A program made the translations under genes and the position numbers. A DNA stretch of 64,000 nt from contig OX597827.1 in assembly GCA_951406725.2 (NCBI GenBank), positions 38,502,001 to 38,566,000 of the forward strand, written 5' to 3'. Within the stretch, counting starts at the first letter, position 1; the number at the start of each line of letters is the position of its first letter. This DNA is from Octopus vulgaris. Taxonomy: Eukaryota. Below the pieces are notes generated by a model that saw only the letters and a list, made by a program, of their open reading frames with translations, did not search any database and was not told the DNA's origin. Below are positions 1-12,967 of this stretch, in pieces.

Positions 1-219
1 ATTTTTTTTAAAATTCTATTATTGCTAAATTACATTAAGGCAAAATTTCATTAACGCATAATTATATGATTACAAAATTGTGTTAAGAAAAGAGGCTTAA
101 TATATTGATTTAAAAAAAAAAAGTTCTACTAATTGCATAATTGTGTCAATACAAATGTAATAACTTGAAATTTTATTGAGAGTAAATCGAACCAAAACAA
201 ATGGCTGGATGATAATGTT

Positions 220-250
<31 letters not shown>

Positions 251-1759
251 TAGCAGTAGCAGTAGTAGTGCAAAGAGCAAAACAACGTTTCATCCAATGA
301 TTAAAATGGGTCTTTTTTTCTGTTGTTGTTGTTGTTGTTACTGTTTTTTCTTGTACAAACCATTAAAACAGAAATTAGATGAAATTTCTTTTGTGTGTGT
401 ATGTGGTTTCTTGTTCTGCATTTTTGTAAACTGGTAAATTGTGCATTGTGTAAGTATAATTATTGAAGAATGGATAAGCCTGCTCGAAATTTTGTTCTAT
501 AACCCCCACCACTACCACCTCTTTATTTCTCTCTCTTTCTCTCTCTCTACTCCCACCCCAACACCAAAACTAAATTCTGTTCTTCTGAAGCAGGCCAATA
601 CATCTAACCTCATTCATCATGGTTGTTTGGTTCCCCTCAAAAACTCCTTGTGTTAAATGAATCGGTGACAAATGAGTAACAGAACATACAGGAAACATAG
701 GTTTTGTTTCAAGACTCCAGGTTGTCCTGAGCATTGCGAATGGACACTGGGGTATACTTTTGCAGTCCAGGCAGAATTTTTGACTGATTGCCGACCCATG
801 TTATCACAGATCAATTTGTGAAGAGTGTAACATGGTTCACAATGAGCATACTGTTATCCCAGATCAGTGGCAAATAAATCTGCCATTAATGGGGATAGAT
901 GTATTAGTTACTTCGGCATTATTTGTTAATTTGTTTGCTTAGAAAGCATTATTATTTTATGCTATTTACCTTTTGACATTTGTCTTTATCAAGTGTAGTT
1001 GTTGTTGCTTTTGTTGTTATGTGATAATAAGGTGTAGTTATGGAATGCTGATTAGGTGTTTGTTGTCTGATAGTCTGTCATCATATGATTTGATGATGTA
1101 GTGTATATGTCATCACATAGGCAAATGGCATAGACTGTCTGTCATTACACATTAAGATGCTTGTAGACTCTCTGTCACAACATAAGACAGTTTAGGCAAG
1201 TGTTTTTCAACAGAAGTTCCATAAGAAATAGGAATAACTAGCACTATGACCTGATGTTGCCAGGTCTAGTGCTAGTGATTCTTGTTCGTTGCCGGGTTGC
1301 AGTAAAAATTTCTCACTAAATCAAGAGCTGAGTTTCTTATCACATTTCAGCCCAGGTAGTTTTGTTGTATATGAGCTAGTTGGAGGTTTTTATGAGAGTA
1401 ATTAATATTCATTGGACTTCGGTTTTCACACCTGGAATGGCATAATCATGCAAAATTAGTGGGACTGCACATGCCACTAGTCGGACAAAAAAGGAGGCAG
1501 AAGAAAGCAAAAAACTCAAATTTGGCCTCAAAATAACTTATGGGCATAAGGGGTCGGTTTATCAATTTTTTTAATGGCTTTCTGGGGTGACTGAGGAAAT
1601 GAAAAGATCTTCACGCCCACCCTTAGTCAGTTTTGAAAGGCCATAGAAAATGCGAGCCTTTTATGTGAAAAACTGTAGATTTGTATAAAGGACTCACAGA
1701 TACACAGACATTTTGCCGTTTATAGATATAGAGATTACACTGATATCAATATCCAGGGC

Positions 1760-2170
1760 TTCATCAGTCCTGAAGAAGGAACCCCTCTCTACCGTCTGTC
1801 AATGGCCAGTTGTGGCCACGTAGGCCCGAGGTCGCAAGTGATATCATCTTACCATCTTGTCTTTGGTCAGCCTCTTGATCTTGTCCAGTGTCTTGGAGTC
1901 CATTCCATCACCCTGATTGTCCAGTGGTTGTCCTTCAGTTGCATGATATGGCCAACCCATCTATATTTGTTTACCCTGATGGTTCTTATGATGTCATTGA
2001 CTCTCAAGTGCTGTTGTATCCAGGCAGTGGTTTTATTTTTCCCTTTAGGTGGTGCCTAGCATAATTCATTCTATTTTCCATTGGGCTACGATAAAGGCAT
2101 TCATGATGGTAGCGTTAAGAGCACATGTTTCACTGCTGTAAATCATCACTGGCAAGAGATACTCGTTGAA
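1760..2170 (-). mobile_element. Degenerate RTE-clade LINE 3' fragment
   Basis: The minus strand reads ...DIIRTIRVNKYRWVGHIMQLKDNHWTIRVMEWTPRHWTRSRG*PKTRW*DDI, the RTE C-terminal W.GH...W.P...RGRP..RW motif interrupted by stops. Confidence 0.75.
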
Positions 2171-2395
2171 GATCTTTCTTTTCATGTATTTGTGTGCAAT
2201 GTGTATCTTTGCATCTGCATTTCGCATACACACATCCACCATTGCTTGGCAACCAGTGTTGGCATGTTTACATCCCTGTAACTTAGCAGCTCAGCAAAAG
2301 ATATCAATAGAGTAAGTACTTGGATCAAATCATTCAACTAAAATTATAACTGAAACAAGAGAATAAAAGATGTAAAAAGAGAACGGTAAATATAT

Positions 2396-2627
2396 ATTCT
2401 TTTATTCTTTTACTAGTTTCAGTCATTTGACTGCAGCTATGCTGGAGCACTGCCTTAAAGGGTTTTAGTCAAAGACATCAACTTCAGGACTTATTTTTTG
2501 TAAGCCTAGTACTTATTCTATCGACTTTTTTTTTTGCCAAACTACCAAGTTACGGGGACATGGGGTTTAAACACACTAGCATCAGTTGTCAAGTGATGGT
2601 GAAGTGACAAGCACAGATACACACAAA

Positions 2628-2677
<50 letters not shown>

Positions 2678-2792
2678 TACATACAACAGGCTTCTTTCAG
2701 TTTCCATCTACTAAATCCACTCACAAGGCTTTGGTTGGGCCAAGACTATAGTAAATGACACTTGCCCAAAGTGCCACACAGCCATGCTTGTG

Positions 2793-2795
<3 letters not shown>
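2396..2795 (-). mobile_element. tRNA-derived CORE-type SINE (dominant family), reverse copy
   Basis: Reverse complement of the family seen at 21591-21985, with a central (TA)n(CA)n tract. Other reverse copies at ~4684-5130, 38925-39268, 59777-60196 and 63388-63870. Confidence 0.85.
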
Positions 2796-2827
<32 letters not shown>

Positions 2828-2919
2828 TTATTAATATAGGGGTCTCTGAAACATGGATTGTATTTCAAGGCTTCATTAAGAGTAAAAAAGTTGGGAACAC
2901 TGGTATGGGCTGTTTTTCA

Positions 2920-3175
2920 TCATATGGAGAGATAGTATAGGTTGTCTGACATCACATGGACAGATGATGTAGGTTGCATCATCAAATGGTGAAATGGCTG
3001 TAGGCTGTCTGTCATCACATGGAAAGATAGGTGTAAGCTGTCATCCGGTTGACAGATAGTGTGGGCTCTCTGTCATCACATGAAGAGATAATGTAGGACG
3101 TCTCTAATTATGTGAACAGATAGTGTAGGTTTCCTGTCATCACATGAGATTAAGATAGGGTAGTCATCACATGAT
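2920..3175. repeat. Degenerate ~30-bp minisatellite (GACAGATAGTGTAGGCTGTCTGTCATCACAT-like)
   Basis: About 8 diverged units; related units at ~1070-1190. Confidence 0.7.
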
Positions 3176-4908
3176 ATAATCCACACACACACACCCTCCC
3201 CGTCTAACAGAAATAGCAGCCAAATATCCTTCAAGTGATACATTACTGTCTAAAGGGATAGGAAAAAATGAAAAACTGGATCAACACTGCTTGAATGCCT
3301 TGATCGTAAATCTGTAAGAGCAGAGCTGATCTAGGATTAACCAACACAAACACTACCAGCAAAAGCAATACTAGGAGTTAACTAGGGACCTCCAGCTAAT
3401 CTTCTGAGCAGTGAAAAGTAACAGACAAACTATCCTCAAACCACACCCCACTATTCTTAATTTTAAAAAAAGTCACATTGAATAATATAGTTTTAGCTAC
3501 ACTATACTTGTATAAAAGACTGGATTGGAACAAGGCTGACCAATAGCTAAACAACAACAAATGGGAAATTTGGTTGCTATTTCTAGCAAGTCTAGTGACC
3601 ACATTGCTGCTTCCTTGTTGGTTTGTTGTATGTCAAACTGGTGTTTGAAATATAATTTCACAAGTTCTTGCATAGTATTGTGGTCAGTGTTATCAGTGAG
3701 GAAATATAATAATGTTCCAGGTGTTTGCAGGCAACCCGACATCATGGGACACTATGCCTGAGACCAGGGATGGATCTCAGGTACGTTACTATCATATGAC
3801 CATATGTGGTCTCAGCTGATTTGGTCTCTTACGAACATTCATGGTCTCAGAGGAGTTTATATGAGGGGATTCAATCGTGGGTTAGTATGATTGACTTGCG
3901 GGTGGAGCGGGGGTGAGGTTCTTATGTAATTTAATATTGTGGGAGAGGTCTCCTCATAAACTCTCAAGTGTTATAAATAGTCCAGAGAGAGTCAATCAGG
4001 GAATTAGTATCATAAGCCTAAGAGTGCCTCAGAAAGGTTGGTTTCAAGGGGTCAGAGTTGGTCTCAGGTGGTTTCATATGAGAAACAAAGTTTAGCAGGG
4101 TTTAACCCTGTCATGCCATATTCCTGTTATAGTGGGAATAAATTTAACTTCATCTCTGACAGATTCCCAGTAAAGTGGTAATGAACAACACACACAGAAA
4201 AAGAAGATGCAGACATTTCTGTCCTTTAGTTTGCTTGCAATCATTATTCCTGAGCTGTATATGCAGCTATTTCTTATTTTTCTCAGAGGCCAAGTGGAGG
4301 ATAAATTTAGACACAGGGGCTCACTCGGGTCTGAGAGGGTTAATACAGATATGGGGAAACTTCAGTTTATCTCTGTCTAGCTTAGGGCTGCTCACCCACC
4401 CATTTCACAAATCTAACGTGATTCTATATGAAGTTGAAAATTAAATGATTATTGTACAAGATGATTTAAATAGCGATTAATTAATTAGCTGTACTATTAC
4501 ATTGAAAATGAAATATTCATTAAAATCCCATCCTCTACAAGTAGATAAGTATCTATTTTTTTACACGTCAGTGACCATGTGTGTGTTTGTGGTTTATATT
4601 TTCCTTTTAATCCTCAGTGAATTTACAGATTACAATAATTCTCCACTCCTAAACAATATTTCAAGCCAATGAAGTTACACATATTCCTTTATTCTTTTAC
4701 TTATTTCAGTCATTTGTCTGTGGCCATGCTGGAGCACTGCCTTAAAGGGTTTTTGGTTACAGAAATCAACCCCAGGACTTATTTTTTTTGCATGCCTAGT
4801 ACTTATTTAGTCGGTCTCTTTTGCCATATTGCTAAGTTACGGGGACGTAAGCTCACCAACATCAGTTGTCAAGTGAGGTTGGGGGGCAAACATACACATG
4901 AATATACA

Positions 4909-4967
<59 letters not shown>

Positions 4968-5489
4968 GTATTTAATGGGCTTCTTTCAGGTTCCGCCTAC
5001 CAAATCCACTCACATAGTTTTTGTCAGTCCAAGGCTATAGTAGAAGACACTTGCCCAAGATGCCACGCAATGAGACTGAACCCAGAACCATGTGATTGTG
5101 AAGCAAGCTTCTTACCACACAACCACGCCTTTGGTTATTTATTGGCAGCTATACTACTACTGCTATTTAATGAACATATAGTTCATTATCTAGCCATCCA
5201 TCTATCTATCTGTCTATCTACCTTTTCCTTCCACCTCTCTCTCTCCTTCTCTCTTCAACACACGTTTTCTTTATCTCCTTCACTGGTGTTCATTAAAAAT
5301 TGTCTATGTAGTTGTTTTTGTTTTGTTTTTTCTCGTTGTTATATACTTCAGTATTTTTCCGTAGCTGAATTGTCCCCCCCCCCTCCTGATATTAACGTAT
5401 GTCTGAGAAAATATATGAGCAATTTCCACCATGTATGTCTAAAATAACATTAATGTTTGTATCTTTATATTTGTTTTTTTTTTAATCAG

Positions 5490-5528
5490 GGAATAGCAAT
5501 CAGTTACCTCCCCTGACAAACCAACCAC
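5490..5528 (+). CDS. SMAD4: SMAD4 linker micro-exon (39 nt, phase 1-1): xNSNQLPPLTNQP
   Basis: Poly-T tract + CAG acceptor (5487-5489), GTAAGT donor at 5529. Splices in frame to the 12784 exon to give ...PPLTNQP-PPEFWC, matching SMAD4 ...QPPISNHP-APEYWC. Confidence 0.85.
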
Positions 5529-6529
5529 GTAAGTTTGATATTTTTTTCCTCTTCACTACCATCATCATCATCATCATGGTCACGTTTTCAATATTGCTTT
5601 AATTATAATTGTATAGTTACCTAAACATGTATGTAATGTGGTGTGAGTGTGTCTGTCCTCTCTCTCTCTCTCTCTCTCTTTATGTTTTATTTATGTGAGA
5701 TTATTTCTTCCTTTCTTTTATCTCTCTCTCTCTCCTCACACGCACATACACACATACACATAGTAAAGTTTATTTGCCACCAGAAGGTGGCAGTCCTATA
5801 AAGGACATGTGTGTGTGTGTATAACAGAGATGGTTTCTTGATAAGCAGCGTCAATTTTTACAATTCTGTAAATAATAATAACATTATTATTTTATAAGCT
5901 TGAATCTTATAAGTGATCACTGTGCAATAAGTAAAGAGACTAGTCTAAAAAAAGGAGCCTATAAGACCTTGACGGAAAAAAGTAGGTTTTCCTGTACCGT
6001 ACCACAAACATTGCTAAGCCCTTTAGTATTCAGATTACTCTGTCAAGTGTAATGCTTATTCATTCACTTTGCTTTGAATTAATCACACATTATCTTTTAA
6101 CCTCTATATTTCAATGATGTGACTGCTTAGAATGATATTGTAGGGTAAGTTTGAAATGTTAGAGGACAGATTTGGTTGGTTTGAACATAAAACAGGTGAA
6201 CTTTACAGCCTGATATGGCCAGTTTAAATGCTAAAGAGATAAGCTTTCTATATATGCTTCAGCTCACAGAACAGATGTGTTACACACATTTGTCTACATT
6301 TCCCTAAACAATAGAAACGACATATAAGCTGGACTCAAAGTGAAATTTCTTCGATGAAAAAAGCTTAGTAAGAATTAGATACACTAATTACTGTCATTAT
6401 ATAGACATTACAAAGGCCAGTACAATCTTCCAAACTATGTATCTCTCACACTAAATGTAAAGTTAATTACAAAATGAAATGAAACATTGGCCTGGTAAAA
6501 GTTAAAAAGCATAGTAATTTTCATGTTGG

Positions 6530-7010
6530 TCATGAGATGGCTTGGGCATGTTAGCCGTATGAAAGATGGCAGAATCCCCAAGGACATACTCTACGGAGAG
6601 CTTGCTAGGGGTACTAGGTCTGTGGGTAGACCGATCTTACGTTACAAGGATGTTTGCAAAAGGGATATGAAGGCCTGCAACATCAATATTAGCGGTTGGG
6701 AGGCAGTTGCCGGCAACCGTGGAGAATGGCGACGTACAGTAAAGAGGGAATACAAAAGAGTGACAGAGAGAGAGAGGAGAAATGGAAAGAAAGGAAGAGA
6801 CGTAAACAAGAGACTATGGCACTACAACCAGCCAGGAACAGTCTTCGTTACATTTGCGGTACCTGCCAGAGGGAGTGTTTGTCCAGGATAGGACTACACA
6901 GCCACAGCAGGAAATGTATCAGGACATGAAATATAAAAGCCGGACTAGACTACTTCATGCGTAACTCCATTGTCTCCCGAGACAGAAAGGATGCCAATAC
7001 AATACAATAC
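6530..7010 (+). mobile_element. 5'-truncated RTE (BovB-like) LINE 3' end
   Basis: RWLGHVSRMKDGRIPKDILYGELARGTRSVGRPILRYKDVCKRDMK, then after one frameshift the C2H2-like YICGTCQRECLSRIGLHSHSRKC. Ends in a short (CAATA)n tail. Confidence 0.92.
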
Positions 7011-7039
7011 ATGAATTAAGAATTGCAACAACAGTTTAA

Positions 7040-7250
7040 TCCTTTCGTTACTGTGTTTATTTTGAAATGCTCTGTGTTTCTTTCAATTAATTTTAAATAT
7101 AACAAAGAATTTAGTAAAATAACTTAGTTATCATTAGGAACATAAATTGTGACTAAGGTTTCATGGAAGATTTTAATTCAGAACTTAAGAAAACAAAGCA
7201 TTTGTACTACAGAGCCAGAGGTGGTTTCAGCTGGGTTGGTATCAAAAGGG
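7040..7250. mobile_element. piggyBac-like MITE (TTAA-flanked)
   Basis: TTAA|tCCTTTCG...TCAAAAGGG|TTAA; a second copy at 17143-17364 has CCCTTTTGATACC...GGTATCAAAAGGG ends. Confidence 0.75.
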
Positions 7251-8089
7251 TTAAACACTGGAAAGGACAATCTTGTAGCTATTAGAAATAGTTGATTAAG
7301 ATGGCTCTGTAATTAAGCTGCCAAAACAGGAGAAAATGTACACACTGGGTTCATGTCAGTGAACTGTAGCTGTCTTCTTGGTTGAGTAAAGAGTCATGAA
7401 AAGCAGCAAAATGAGTGTGGTTAGCTTAGTTGTGGGTGGCCACAAACTGAAACATGTGGTGAGATGTGTGAAAATGAATCAGCTGGTCTCTGTGCACTAA
7501 TCCTGGCAAGAGTGGAGATGCATTTCACCCAGTCATCGTCAACATTCTGTAAAGTTGATGCTAAAAGCATGTCTTTTTATAAGCCTTTTAAAGAAACATT
7601 ATAGCAGCTTCTAGAAAGATGTATCATGTGTTGTCTTGATGCTGATTGGTCCCTAACTCGGCCAATCACATAAGAAAGCTGTTTCTAAACCATGATTTGA
7701 ACTTGGGTGATTTCTCAATTTTGTTTCGGACCTTGCTACAGATATAATTTAATCTATGAAAGAGAAGCAGGCTTCATAAATTTTCCAGACCCTCTTTGAA
7801 TGAATGAAACAGGTGTCAATTGAGCAAGATCAATACTATGACAACTCACTTTGACATTGTTTGGATCAGAGTTTGTGGAAAGATATCTATTGTAAAGATG
7901 CAGTTCTGCAGTGTGGGTGTTTAATGTGGGGTTTCAGTTATGAGAGAGAATAGAGTCACAGGAGGAGATAACCAGCTGTAAATGTTGTGAAGAGCCAACC
8001 TGTTTAGAAGTAAAAAAATTGTTGTAATAACAGCACAACAGCCAGTGCTTCATTCATAGATATATAAATATCTATGTGCCACTTATTGT

Positions 8090-9340
8090 TAGGCAGCAAG
8101 CTGGCAGAATTGTTACTGTGCCAGACAAAATGCTTGGTGGCATTTCTTCCGACTTCATGTTCTGAGACCAAATGCCACCAAGGTTGACTTTGCCTTTCAT
8201 CTTTTCTGGGTTAATGAAATAAGTACCTGTTACGCACTGAGGTCAAAGCAATCAACTTACCCACTCCCTCAAAATTGCTGGCCTTGTGCCAAGATTTGAA
8301 ATCATTATTATTAAGCAATGAGCTTGCAGAATCGTTAGAATGCAAGGCAAATATGTAATGGCATTTCATCCATCTTTATGTTCTGAGTTCAAATTCTGCT
8401 GAGATTAACTTTGCCTTTCGTCCTTGCGGGGGGTCGATGTCATTAGCTTTCTCCCATCCCCAAAATTACTGGCCGTGTGCCAAAATTAGAAAATATTATT
8501 ATTATTACTAAGGCATCAAGCTGGCAGAATCATTAGCGTGCCAGGCAAACTACTTACTGGCATATTGTCTACCTTTATGTTCTGAGTTCAAATGCCACCA
8601 ATGGATCAAGGAAGGAGCCTGGCGCAAAGTGCTGCTAATCTTTGGCGTGATTAGATTTCTGCGAAGTATTCGTTTTCTTTGCAGGACAAACTCCAGAGAC
8701 TGGCTCAAAGGGCCAGACCACTGGCCAGAGATATTAGACGAAAGGGTTAAAGGCTGTTGTGTTGACAAACTTTCCAATCTGAACATTGGCCCTGAACTAC
8801 TTGAGTCACTCTGGCTATTGCTTTTGGCTGCATGCTGGCTAGTAAGGGTGGCCAAATGCTTCATGGACGGAACAGTAAATTTCCTGGTAGACAATGACAG
8901 GTATTGTGTGTAGGCCTGTTGCTGCTCTTGTTTATGTGGTTGGTGATGGTGAAAGTGCTGGGGTTGCCTGGGAAATTCTTGGGGCTCCTGCTGCTCATGA
9001 GAGATCTTAGATGGGTCACGGTCAACTAGTTCAGAGACCTCTTTTTCCGTGGCAGCTCTGACTCCAGAAGTGCATTCTAAAGAATCTGGACCGAATAAAA
9101 TTATCAGCACAAGTAGTGGAACATATCTATGAGGATGAAGCAGCCAAAAGGTCTGTAGCATCTGTCGGTCTCAACATGGGCAAGGCAGGTGTCTGATATG
9201 AGATGCAGCACTTAGTGAGGGCTCCAACTTGGCCTTTCATCCTTTCGGGGTCAGTAAAATAAGTACTTTTGAAACACTGTTGTTGATGTAATTGACTAGT
9301 TTCCTCCCCCAGAATTTCAGACCTCGTGCCTTTAGTAGAA
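8090..9340 (+). mobile_element. Three tandem copies of a second tRNA-derived SINE family; the third is split by a foreign insert
   Basis: Repeated GCTGGCAGAA...TTCTGAGTTCAAAT...GACTTTGCCTTTCATCCTTTCGGGG...AAGTAC with (ATT)n tails. Other copies at ~10735, 11505, 17470, 21043(-), 41205(-), 60375(-). Confidence 0.85.
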
Positions 9341-11887
9341 AGAGTTGTTGTTGTCATCGTCACCGCCACCGCTGTTGCTGCTGCTGTTGTTGTTGTTACG
9401 TTGCTTAGTCAGGAAGAAGAGGCACTGATCATGACTATAAGCCCTTCAAGATCAGTAGGAGGGAAAGAGGAATCTATCCCCAAACTGGAAATCTCCTCCA
9501 AATACTTTCTGCAGTGGACCCCACAAAAACTCCCAAGGATCAGGTGGTGATGATAAACTGGGCACTGGACTAAGTCTGCTTAACACGAAGTAGCCACAGC
9601 AAACACCATAGAGCATCCTAATCGATGCCTCTAATAGTTGTGCCAATCCACCATAGAGACTCTGGAAGGATGAACAGCAGAATTTATCTTGGCTGGATTT
9701 GAACTTAGAACTCAAGAGTAAATATTGCAAGGCACTTCATCCAATGCTCTCATGACTCTGCCAATTCTCTGCTTTGTTGTTGTTGTTGTTTGTTTCCTCT
9801 TGAGCCATTCCTGGCTTATAAGAGCCAGTTTCCCAGTTTCATTGTCATGTAGGTTCCCCACCTGGATGGGACGCTGGTCCGTTGCAGGTGAGCTGCTAGA
9901 TGCAGGAGGAAAGAGTGAGAGAAAGTTGTGGCGAAAGAGTCAACAGAAGTTCGCCCTTACCTTCTGCCGGAGCCGCATGGAGCTTAGTGTTTCACTCATA
10001 AACACACACACATCGCCCGGTTTGAGATTCGAACCTGCAATCCCTCGACCATGAGTCCACTAGACCATGTGCCTCCACAATTCTCTGCCTTACTGACATG
10101 ACATTCATCATCATCATCATCATCATCATTATTGTGTGTCTACCTACGATACTGCCATGGTTTGAGCAATTCAAAAAGGACTGATGAGCCAGATGACTGT
10201 GCCAAGCTCCAATGTCTGCTTTGGCATGGCTCCTTTGGCTGGATGCCAATCCTAACGCTAACTAGTTTTCAGAGTGTCCTGGGTGCATTGGTCATGGCAC
10301 CAGTACTAGTGATGTCACCAAGTAACTTGCAAAAGAAATCCCTTTGATAGAATGAAGGGGTAGTAGGAAGGGAGGTGGTTTTAATGCTAGGTGTTGAGAG
10401 GTTAAAACATGTTAGGGGTACAGGAATAGGTTTCTTGCTAGAGAGGAAACACATGACTACCCTTCATTACGTAAGGTTGGATAGGAGCAACTATAAAAAT
10501 ATATATTGTCTGTAACAAAGTTTGGAAAACAAGTTTTTACCCTGAAAATCAAGTAATCTCTCATTACCGACATGAAATGGAAGATGAGTTTGTTAATCCA
10601 GTCTGTTTATTGTTTGCAAAATAAAACTAGAATACATCAACAGCTGGCTAATGTCAATAAAATGATTAATGAACCAATTGTTGAGTCACCACCAAGACCA
10701 CCACTGACATCATCATCATTATTAACACTGCCGTCAGCCTGAGTTCAAGTTCTGCTGAGGTTGACTTTGTCTTTCATCCTTTCGGGGTTGATTAAATAAG
10801 TAGCAAGTGAGAACTGAGGTCAAAGCAATCAACTTCCTTCTCCCCTCTACAACAGCTGGCTCTGTGCCAAAATGTGACACCATTGTCACTACCTTCAGTA
10901 TAACCATTAGTAAACAATGTCAGAGTCCTGTGTGTGTTTGTATGAACTGCGAAAAATAGCTGTCAGATCTCCCTGAAATTGCATTCTTCAGAAAGGAAGG
11001 ACTACTCGAAAAATAGAAATAAAAAACAAATGAAAACAAAGTGAAATGGTCATTGATAGGATGAAGTTGATTTGGAGATTTCTCAATTGTGGCTAACAAG
11101 AGGCTAAGCAACAACAACAAGAACTAAGGTCATCACCACCACCTGTCCTTCCTCCTCGTCAGCATTTCTTATTAGATCTGCTTTCTCTAAGATAAGCTGT
11201 ACTGGAGTTAACAACAATAACATCAGCATGCCATAGTGTCTGATCATAGGTGTACTATGTCAGAGCCGGTCCAGCATTAAACAGCAGTAGGAGCACTGCA
11301 TCAAGCTACAGAGTCAGTGCTATACATCATTTACATATTGTATACCACACCAGATTATACTACTGCACCACGGCAAATATTAACCATACTAAACTACACT
11401 CTATGTCTGTACCATACTGCAATATATATATCACACCTATGAAATACTACGGCACACCAGACACCATGCTATTGCTCAGGAAGAGAGCCCCTATGGGGTC
11501 ACTCAATCTGAGTTCAAATTCCGCCAAGGTCGGCTTTGCCTTTCATCGTTTCAGGGTCGATAAATTAAGTACCAGTTATGCACTGGGGTTAATGTAATCG
11601 ACTTAATCCGTTTTTCTGTCCTTGTTTAGCCCCTTGTAAGCAATAAAGAAATAAAAAAGGAAATCAGAACTACATCTTAGTATTTAAAAATAAAGTGAGG
11701 TCATCATCATTGTCATCCTCATCATCACCATTGTTTAACATCCGTTTTCCATGCTAGCATGGGTTGGATGCTTTGACAGGAGCTGGCCAACTAGAGAGTT
11801 GTTCAGGTACCAGATTGCCTTCCTAATGCCACCCACTTTACAGAGTAGCTGAGTGCTTTTTACATGCCTCCAGCACAGGACCTTTGC

Positions 11888-12150
11888 GTGACACCATCAC
11901 GAGTGCATACAATGTGGCACTATCAAGAGTGCATACTATATGGCACCATCACAAATGCATACAATGTGGCACCATCACAAGTGCAAACAGTGTGGAACCA
12001 TCAAGAGTGCATACTATGTGGCACCATCATGTGTGCATACAATGTGACACCATCATGAGTGCATACAATATGGCACCATCACAAGTGCATACAATGTGGC
12101 ACCATCACGAATGCATACAATGTGGCACCATCAAAAGTACATTTTACATG
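11888..12150. repeat. 26-bp minisatellite (GTGGCACCATCACAAGTGCATACAAT), ~10 copies
   Basis: CACCATC/CACTATC recurs at 11892, 11918, 11944 and onward with period 26. Confidence 0.9.
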
Positions 12151-12783
12151 GCACTGGCACCTGCAAGACAAAGACTTCTCAGCTAGGAGAGTGAGTAGGG
12201 GCATGATCATAACAGACATGCCTGTATAACATATTGTTTGAAATAAAGTGGGATGGTCAAGGATGTAATACTTTGAATTTATAACTTTGCTATTTTTTCA
12301 CACAACACAGTGTATTATACTATAGTTCAATACATATTGTTAATTTCACATCTTAAAAATAATAAGGTGTCTGAATGCTTTTACCAGGAGTCTTGTCTGC
12401 TAAACAACACTATATTATACTTATCCGTTGTAAACAAAAGTTTTGTGTACATTTTCTGAAAGCTAGGTGAGATGGTCATTTTTTGAATGCTTTGACTAAA
12501 CTACTGTTTGCTTTCACCAACTATAATATGCTATCCTCTTTTCCGTGGTACACCTTCATACAAATTCTAAACTGAAGCATCCTGAATATGTTTTCTGAAA
12601 ATTTGGTGAGATAGTCATTGTTGGAATGCTTTGATATAGTGACTGTTTGCTACACACCAACAATAATATGTCGTCCCTTTTCTGCAGTACTCTTTCATAC
12701 ACAGTGTAAACTCAAAAGTCCTCACAGTCTATATTCTCTCTCATCGTAATAAAGTATTCTCTTTCTTCTCCTTCAAACTACAG

Positions 12784-12967
12784 CTCCAGAATTTTGGTGT
12801 ACCATTACCTACTTTGAACTGGACCAACAAGTCGGTGAAACCTTCAAAGTTCCTTCAGGGTGTCCAAGTGTTAAAGTAGATGGCTACACTGACCCATCAA
12901 GTATTGACCGGTTTTGTCTTGGTCAACTGTCCAACGTACATCGGACTGAAGCTTCTGAACGTGCTCG
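12784..12967 (+). CDS. SMAD4: SMAD4 exon, start of MH2 domain (184 nt)
   Basis: Pyrimidine tract/CTACAG acceptor, GTAAGT donor. Translates [61 protein letters not shown], the SMAD4 MH2 N-terminus. Missed by the ORF track. Confidence 0.97.

Noticed and set aside
590-625. Possible further SMAD4 linker exon (QANTSNLIHHG)
   Set aside because: Weak donor (GTTGTT) and no recognisable similarity to SMAD4.
7300-8040. Coding-like stretch, possibly a decayed transposase
   Set aside because: Only a vague DWVKC motif on the minus strand among many stops; cannot be assigned without a search.
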